Origin: Candidatus Culexarchaeum nevadense
GTDB taxonomy: Archaea > Thermoproteota > Methanomethylicia > Culexarchaeales > Culexarchaeaceae
Assembly (NCBI GenBank): GCA_025060975.1
Contig: JANZKA010000001.1
Coordinates: forward strand, 108,283-172,282
Direction of reading: 5' to 3'
Length of the DNA stretch: 64,000 nt
Made by a program: the position numbers and the translations under genes. The notes beneath the pieces were generated by a model. It was given only the letters and a program-made list of their open reading frames with translations. It was not told the origin of the DNA and ran no database searches. Shown piece by piece: positions 58,286 through 64,000 of this stretch; position 1 is the first letter of the stretch; the number at the start of each line of letters is the position of its first letter.

Positions 58286-58537
58286 ATGAGTATGGCATTT
58301 GTACTTATAAACACCGAAATTGGTGCTGAAAGAGAGGTTGCAAAAGAAATTGTACAGATCGAGGGAGTTGAAGAAGCATATGTAATTTATGGCGTATATG
58401 ACATTATTGCGAAAGTCAGAGCAGAAAACATAGATAAGCTAAAGGAAATAATAACACTAAAAATAAGGAAAATGAGTAAAGTGAGATCTACATTAACTAT
58501 GATCGTCGTTGAAGCAGGGAAAAAGCAAAATGTCTAG
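58286..58537 (+). CDS. stand-alone Lrp/AsnC ligand-binding (RAM) domain protein
   Basis: 83 aa. VLINTEIGAEREVAKEIVQIEGVEEAYVIYGVYDIIAKV matches the AsnC C-terminal domain without an HTH. Confidence 0.65.
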   Translation: MSMAFVLINTEIGAEREVAKEIVQIEGVEEAYVIYGVYDIIAKVRAENIDKLKEIITLKIRKMSKVRSTLTMIVVEAGKKQNV

Positions 58538-58558
58538 CAAACTTTCTAACGGTTATTT

Positions 58559-59947
58559 ATGCATATAAAAATGCATATAGGAATCGATGACACGGACTCA
58601 ATTAGTGGAGGATGCACAACATACATAGGAGCGTTAATCATCGAAGAACTTTTAAAAAATAGGGAAACTAAATTCATAGACTATCCAAACTTGATAAGGT
58701 TAAATCCAAATATACCCTGGAAAACTAGAGGCAACGGAGCCGTAGCACTAAGAATAGAGGTCCTGTACGATGAATCAACAAAAATCGAAGAGAAAGTTGT
58801 TAAAAAAGTTTTGGAGAACGCGTACTTAGACAAAAATACAGAACCAACTGTAGCGTTCTTAAAAGGTGAAGTACCAACCATCTTAAAGAATTTTGCATAT
58901 GAAAGCATAAGAAGAAGGATGGACATCGACCAAGCAGTAAAAATCGCAGAAAAAAGCAATGTAAAATTATTCACACTAAACAATAAAAAAAGAGGCATCG
59001 TAGGAGCCATAAGCGCAATAGGATTAACATTAGATGATGGAGACTATACGTACGAGCTCCTGGCTTACAGGAAAAAGGAAAATTATGGTAAGAAGAGGGA
59101 AATAGATGAAAAAAGTGTATATGAAATGGATAAGTTGACGTCCCCCTACACATTCAATAATATAGACTACGAAAAAAATAGGATATTAATTACCCCAAGA
59201 GGACCTGACCCAGTATTATTTGGAATAAGGGGGGAAAACCCAGAAATCCTATTAACTGCACTTAAAAGAATAAGAGTATATGAGCCCATAGAAAGATGGG
59301 TGATTTATAAAACAAATCAAGGTACAGATATGCATTATATGGATGTAAAAAGAATAAAAGAACTAAAGTGTTATGATGCCGTAAAGTTGCTAGGAAAAGT
59401 CTGTAGCCCACCAAAAATAATAAGAGGAGGACATCTACTACTAACGATAACAGATGAATATAGTGACACTATTGAATGCGCAATCTATGAGCCTACTAAG
59501 AGACTTAAAAAAACAGCCATGTACTTACAGTGTGGAGATACGATAAAAGTCTATGGAGTTGTAAAAGAACATAACAATACTTTAATGATTAATGTTGAGA
59601 AACTGTATGTAAAGAAATTAGAAAAAATTACAAAAAAATTAAATCCGAAATGTCCTATATGTGGGGCAACTATGAAAAGTGAAGGAAAAAATAAAGGATT
59701 CAAATGTGAAAAATGCAAATATAAGGCTAATATAAATACAAAGAAAGAAGAAAGAATTATTTTGAGAAACATTTACGAAGGAATTTATTTACCACCACCA
59801 CGATCACAAAGACATCTAACAAAACCATTAATAAGATACACGAATGAAAGAAGAAGCAACTTACAACAAAAAATGATAAAAAATTGGTATTGGAGCGAAA
59901 CACTCCACACTAACATTAATCAAAATGAAAGTAATGAAGAAGAGTAA
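58559..59947 (+). CDS. tiaS: tRNA(Ile2) 2-agmatinylcytidine synthetase TiaS
   Basis: N-terminal HIGIDDTDS..GGCTTY TiaS kinase-like signature, an OB-like middle region and a C-terminal Zn ribbon (CPICG..CEKC). Confidence 0.75.
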   Translation: MHIKMHIGIDDTDSISGGCTTYIGALIIEELLKNRETKFIDYPNLIRLNPNIPWKTRGNGAVALRIEVLYDESTKIEEKVVKKVLENAYLDKNTEPTVAFLKGEVPTILKNFAYESIRRRMDIDQAVKIAEKSNVKLFTLNNKKRGIVGAISAIGLTLDDGDYTYELLAYRKKENYGKKREIDEKSVYEMDKLTSPYTFNNIDYEKNRILITPRGPDPVLFGIRGENPEILLTALKRIRVYEPIERWVIYKTNQGTDMHYMDVKRIKELKCYDAVKLLGKVCSPPKIIRGGHLLLTITDEYSDTIECAIYEPTKRLKKTAMYLQCGDTIKVYGVVKEHNNTLMINVEKLYVKKLEKITKKLNPKCPICGATMKSEGKNKGFKCEKCKYKANINTKKEERIILRNIYEGIYLPPPRSQRHLTKPLIRYTNERRSNLQQKMIKNWYWSETLHTNINQNESNEEE

Positions 59948-59986
59948 AACTTATTGCCCAGAAAGTAACATAAAAAGATAGAAAAA

Positions 59987-60064
59987 AGCGGGGTGGGCTA
60001 GCCAGGTTATGCCGCGGGGCTCATAACCCCGAGATCGGTGGTTCAAATCCACCCCCCGCTACCA
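59987..60064 (+). tRNA. initiator tRNA-Met (anticodon CAT; A1:U72; three G-C pairs closing the anticodon stem), CCA-encoding
   Basis: AGCGGGG..CCCCGCU acceptor with A1:U72, anticodon arm CGGGG-CUCAUAA-CCCCG and T-loop UUCAAAU. Confidence 0.75.
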
Positions 60065-61278
60065 CCTTTTAAAGATCGTAGAACCTTTTTGCAATTACAA
60101 TCCTCGATGTGTAAGACATATTTTCAAATAAGTCAAAAAGCCTTCCTAAGACTGTGGTTATAGTAATTATATAGATCACAATCCCAGAAAATTGCAATAA
60201 AAGTAAACAAACATGCTTTAATTACTTAATTGTATAATGGTCGTATGGTCATATAGTAACATAAGTGTAATTATGGTATTTATTTGAAGACAAGATCAAT
60301 GCAAATTAGATGAATGGATAAAGGTTCCACACACTTCATTTCTAAACGAAATCTTCTTATTGCAAGAAACATTTCAATCCCTAAATCACAAACATGTGAA
60401 GAAAAATGTTCAAGTTTAACAAAAGTTAAGTCAATGATCTTTTCATTAGACCTAATCATACATTCAAAATAATTATCTAGGCCTGACAGGATAGGAGATC
60501 TTCCACATGTTGAATTCCCAAATTTAAACATGTAAAAATTCATCTTGAAATCCAGCTTTTCGATTTTGAAACTTGCATTACATAAACATTTTTGTAGTGT
60601 AAATCCCCCTATTGATCACATCATAATATTATGGTGCCTATACTATATTAAGTCTGAATTGGCCTTTCAAATATCGTATTTTCAGTACCGATCGTTGTGT
60701 TTACAGTTTAAAACTATATAAAATAAAAAAACATATAATTAAAGTCAAAAGTTACGCATATGCAGTTTTGATGATGAATGATTGATTCAAAACTACTCTA
60801 CATAAGCCAGTGTTAAGTACAGTTAAGATTTGGTTTATAAGTTTAAAAATATCGCGTTATTGGCTTATCTTCAATACAGCATTGAATTTCTGACAAATTG
60901 AATAATATCGTAACTCTTGTATTCTTAATTTCATTCTCAGTCTTCAACATATATTAAGAGCCCCTTATCTAAGGCCCATTTTACATGATAAGAAACCGGA
61001 TCATAATCCACACCTGGAATATAATAATTATTATAGACACACCATCATGGTTGAACGCCCCCCCCCTTTCCGCTGGAGTTAAAAATTAAGAATTGAGATA
61101 TTAATTACATTAATTTGTCAATAATTCAAATATTTTTGACTAAAATATCCAATATTTTTTATAAAAACTGTTATATATTGATTAACTTAATTTAATTTAT
61201 AGAGTATTTATTATATACAATTAACTAACCAAAAAAATTAATCAAAGTATTTTCCAATAGAAATAAAGGGGTGCCTCC

Positions 61279-61584
61279 TTGTCATATATTGACATTGAAA
61301 AAGCGCAAAAATTGGCACAATTTGTTCCATTAATTGAAAGAGTAAAATTACTCAATTTAGTTATCGATGCTTGTGGTGGAAATATTTCCAAAGCTGCAAA
61401 AGAAATTGGAATAACTCGTGCCCAGATATATCGGTATACGGGGAAAACTGATAGAAAAGACATGCCTTCAGATGAAATATTTGCAAGAATAATAGTAGCA
61501 GCATATCGCCTTAGACCATTACAAACACAAGAATTCTTTAGATTTATATTGAAGCAAGTTAGAGAACTCTTCTCCAGAATTTGA
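61279..61584 (+). CDS. small HTH DNA-binding protein (Fis/HTH_17-like)
   Basis: 101 aa. HTH NISKAAKEIGITRAQIYRY. Confidence 0.5.
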   Translation: MSYIDIEKAQKLAQFVPLIERVKLLNLVIDACGGNISKAAKEIGITRAQIYRYTGKTDRKDMPSDEIFARIIVAAYRLRPLQTQEFFRFILKQVRELFSRI

Positions 61585-61596
61585 TTTTTACCTTCA

Positions 61597-62379
61597 TTGG
61601 TGTTAGTCATGAAGTTTGTTGATGTGCATTGCCACATCATGGATGATTGTTTTGACAATGATCGTGAAGAGGTCCTTATAAGAGCGAAGAGGTCAAATGT
61701 TATTGCTATAATATCTTCAGCTTTTTCGATAGATGAAGCTATAAAAACCATAAAATTGATGAATTCTCATAAAAATTTTCTTTTTCTGACATGCGGCTGG
61801 GACCCTACAAATTTTGACATTGATGCTCTGATGGAGTATCAGCGGTTTATAATTGACAATCTTAATGCTATCATAGGTATAGGTGAAGTAGGTTTAGATT
61901 ATTACTACATACGTGATCCTTCATTAAGAAACATGCAAAAAGAAATTTTTATATCATGGATAAACTTCGCTAAGAAGGTCAATTTACCCATCATAGTTCA
62001 TTCAAGAAATGCAGGGGACGATGCCATAGAACTTCTCATAAGTGAAGGTGCAAAAAGGGTTATATTACATGCATTTGATGGAAGAATAAGTTGGGCAAAA
62101 AAAGCAGTAGAAAACGGTTTCTTCTTCTCTATTCCCCCATCGATAGTAAGGTCCTCACAAAAGCAACAATTAGTTAGAAACATCCCATTAGAATTCATCA
62201 TGTTGGAAAGCGACGCTCCTGTTCTATCACCTTATGTTAATCAAAGAAATGAGCCTGCTAATTTAATTTATGCAGCAAAAATGGTTTCAGAGTTAAAAAA
62301 TATAAACATAGAAGTAGTATCCGATGTTACTACATACAACGCCGTTTCTTTCTTTAATATACATTTTAATGGTTTATAG
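61597..62379 (+). CDS. tatD: TatD-family metal-dependent hydrolase/DNase
   Basis: VDVHCH, GEVGLDYY, IVHSR and ESDAP motifs. Confidence 0.8.
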   Translation: MVLVMKFVDVHCHIMDDCFDNDREEVLIRAKRSNVIAIISSAFSIDEAIKTIKLMNSHKNFLFLTCGWDPTNFDIDALMEYQRFIIDNLNAIIGIGEVGLDYYYIRDPSLRNMQKEIFISWINFAKKVNLPIIVHSRNAGDDAIELLISEGAKRVILHAFDGRISWAKKAVENGFFFSIPPSIVRSSQKQQLVRNIPLEFIMLESDAPVLSPYVNQRNEPANLIYAAKMVSELKNINIEVVSDVTTYNAVSFFNIHFNGL

Positions 62380-63134
62380 TTCCATATGGAACCATAAACC
62401 CCATCATAAAATTAGGAATGGGATGGAGGCAGGAACATGATTCTACATGTTTTCTATGTTTCCATATGGATACGTTTGTTTATCAAAATGACCCAAATAT
62501 GGTAATTTATGTTCTATGTATAATGAACTATGATTGTAATATTCACAAATGCTTCAAATTTAATATATAAATTTTTCTATCATGAGCTTCATGAAATTAA
62601 AATCCATTATGTAAAATGATGTTAATTGACATCATCACCAAAAAACCTTTTTGACTTTATAGATCTAGATCTACACATTTACTTTTAGAAAATCAACTTG
62701 TTAATAGTTCACTGTTTAGTCTAAAGGGCTTATCCCTTCAACTTTTCTTAGTGAATCTTAATTCTAATGTTAACCTCCCTAAACTTCAACCTTCCACTTA
62801 AACCACTATAAACGAACAACTTACTATTAAATGTTTATTCAGCACTAATAATAGATGTCAACAGTTGAACCCCTTTATTTCTATTGGAAATTTGTGAAAA
62901 AACAGAAAAACACTATTTAAACTTCAATCTATATTCCAAAAACTTTCCTAGCATTATTTTTTGCATATAAGTCAATTTTCCAAAAATATGTTTTTTAATT
63001 TCTTTTATTGCCATTCATACTGATGCAAACACTAATTATAAATAAGGTAGCTTGAAGTAACTTTTATATTTTAATTGTCTAATATATTATTGCATTCCAA
63101 CTTCCTTCAGGATCCTATTTTTGGGGTGTAAATT

Positions 63135-63563
63135 GTGGTACAAAGTTCAAGGAAAGGAGGAAAATGGTTATTGCAATATACATCTCCTGATGGTAATAAA
63201 ATTACAATTTCTATTGAAGGAACCTTTAATATTGAGAAAATAAAACAATTGGTTGAATTGATCGAATTAACAGGATTGTCAAATAATTACTCTCAAAATG
63301 AAATCACAAATATTAACATATCACATAAAAGGAATAATGTGAAAGAGTCGCTTATAATGTTATTAGAGAAAAAGTTTAAAGACCGTTGGTTCACCACAAG
63401 AGAGGTCGCTGATGTGTACTATAAATACTATGGAGAAAAATTGCCTTTGAACACAATATCGTCTTACTTATCAAGGTTATATCGTTCAGGAGTATTATCA
63501 TGTAAAGGATCTAGGATAAACCGTATGTACTATATTTCCCCTGAAGCACAAAATTATATGTGA
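63135..63563 (+). CDS. winged-helix DNA-binding protein (C-terminal wHTH; N-terminal domain unknown)
   Basis: 142 aa. C-terminal FTTREVADVYYKYYGEKLPLNTISSYLSRLYRSGVL is wHTH-like. Confidence 0.4.
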   Translation: MVQSSRKGGKWLLQYTSPDGNKITISIEGTFNIEKIKQLVELIELTGLSNNYSQNEITNINISHKRNNVKESLIMLLEKKFKDRWFTTREVADVYYKYYGEKLPLNTISSYLSRLYRSGVLSCKGSRINRMYYISPEAQNYM

Positions 63564-63597
63564 TATGTGATTAAAATCACTATCTACATCACATGTA

Positions 63598-63927
63598 TTA
63601 TTCTATTATAATATATTGTTTTATTTTTTCAGGGACTATATACTTATACGGCCAACTCTTCTCATCCCTTATTAATATTCCTTCATCTGCAAGTTTTTTC
63701 AAAAGTCTACTTACATGTTCTCTAGTTTTCCCTATACGTCTAGCTAATGCGGTCCCTCCTCTAATCTCTGGATTTTTAGCGAGTATGCTTATTATTTGTC
63801 TTTCGGTTTCAGTTAGAGTATTTATTTTGTCTATAATGTCTTCGCTTGTTCTTCCCTCTTTTACGGGTGCCGTAATTTTCTTATCTTTTGTCTCCTCGAT
63901 TGGCTCCTTTGGTTTTTCAATGGTCAT
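63598..63927 (-). CDS. small winged-helix transcriptional regulator (Lrs14/MarR-like architecture)
   Basis: 109 aa. LTETERQIISILAKNPEIRGGTALARRIGKTREHVSRLLKKLADEGILIR. Confidence 0.5.
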   Translation of the reverse strand: MTIEKPKEPIEETKDKKITAPVKEGRTSEDIIDKINTLTETERQIISILAKNPEIRGGTALARRIGKTREHVSRLLKKLADEGILIRDEKSWPYKYIVPEKIKQYIIIE

Positions 63928-64000
63928 TTTCTCGCTATAACTTCTCGGTCGTGTGAATGTGGTAAACCCTCTACTTCTTCCCTCCTCCCCACTGATATAA

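Noticed and set aside
60280-60543. 87-aa ORF in the large non-coding gap after the initiator tRNA
   Set aside because: No motif, and no RBS or promoter context I can recognise. It could be a decayed remnant but is not supportable as a gene.
60750-60800. Hairpin GTTTTGA-TGATGAATGATTGAT-TCAAAAC with a UGAUGA box
   Set aside because: It has a C-box-like sequence in a stem-loop, but there is no D box and no guide-length spacing. I cannot support calling it an sRNA.
61242-61751. 169-aa reverse-strand ORF overlapping the HTH and TatD genes
   Set aside because: It is antisense to two genes with clear domain signatures and is most likely spurious.
63593-63940. 115-aa plus-strand hydrophobic ORF
   Set aside because: It is antisense to the wHTH regulator, which has a clear DNA-binding motif. 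The hydrophobic translation is typical of AT-rich antisense frames.

Overview
This is a densely coded, AT-rich (about 33-36% GC) archaeal chromosomal segment whose 16S and 23S rRNA genes are strongly GC-rich, which points to a hyperthermophile. The core content is the information-processing gene set common to archaea.

Main features:
- A conserved ribosomal-protein/RNA-polymerase operon on the minus strand (S13-S4-S11-RpoD-L18e-L13-S9-RpoN-enolase-S2).
- TFE, MBF1, PAN, CDC48, two proteasome beta subunits, FEN1, aRF1, aEF-1beta, Pth2, TyrRS, AspRS, two beta-CASP nucleases (aCPSF1 and an aCPSF2/RNase J-like protein), and Sm/L37e plus L40e genes.
- Many tRNA/rRNA modification enzymes: Trm56, TYW1, arcTGT, TruD, TiaS, Tsr3.
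- Cofactor and lipid genes: G1PDH, NMNAT, a RibL-like FAD synthase, ThiL, diphthine synthase, UMP kinase.
- Seven intronless tRNA genes, including the initiator tRNA.
- A 16S-23S rRNA operon with no tRNA in the spacer and no linked 5S, with conserved processing stems.

Observations worth a second look:
1. A compact Tad/Flp-like type IV filament module sits directly behind a divergent TFB (TFIIB-like) paralog: a CpaF/FlaI-family ATPase with a long N-terminal extension, two single-domain TadB/TadC-like platform genes and a 77-aa Flp-like prepilin. This may be a locus-dedicated basal transcription factor.
2. A ~330-nt GC-rich non-coding island with terminal complementarity lies just 3' of the 23S processing stem and is a candidate structured ncRNA.
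3. A PolD small-subunit gene sits in a genome whose rRNA operon architecture looks TACK/crenarchaeal-like.
4. Two unusually large non-coding AT-rich gaps (1.2 kb and 0.75 kb) follow the initiator tRNA gene, flanked by small HTH regulators, which suggests a decayed integrated element or variable region.

No CRISPR array, transposase or intact integrase was seen.
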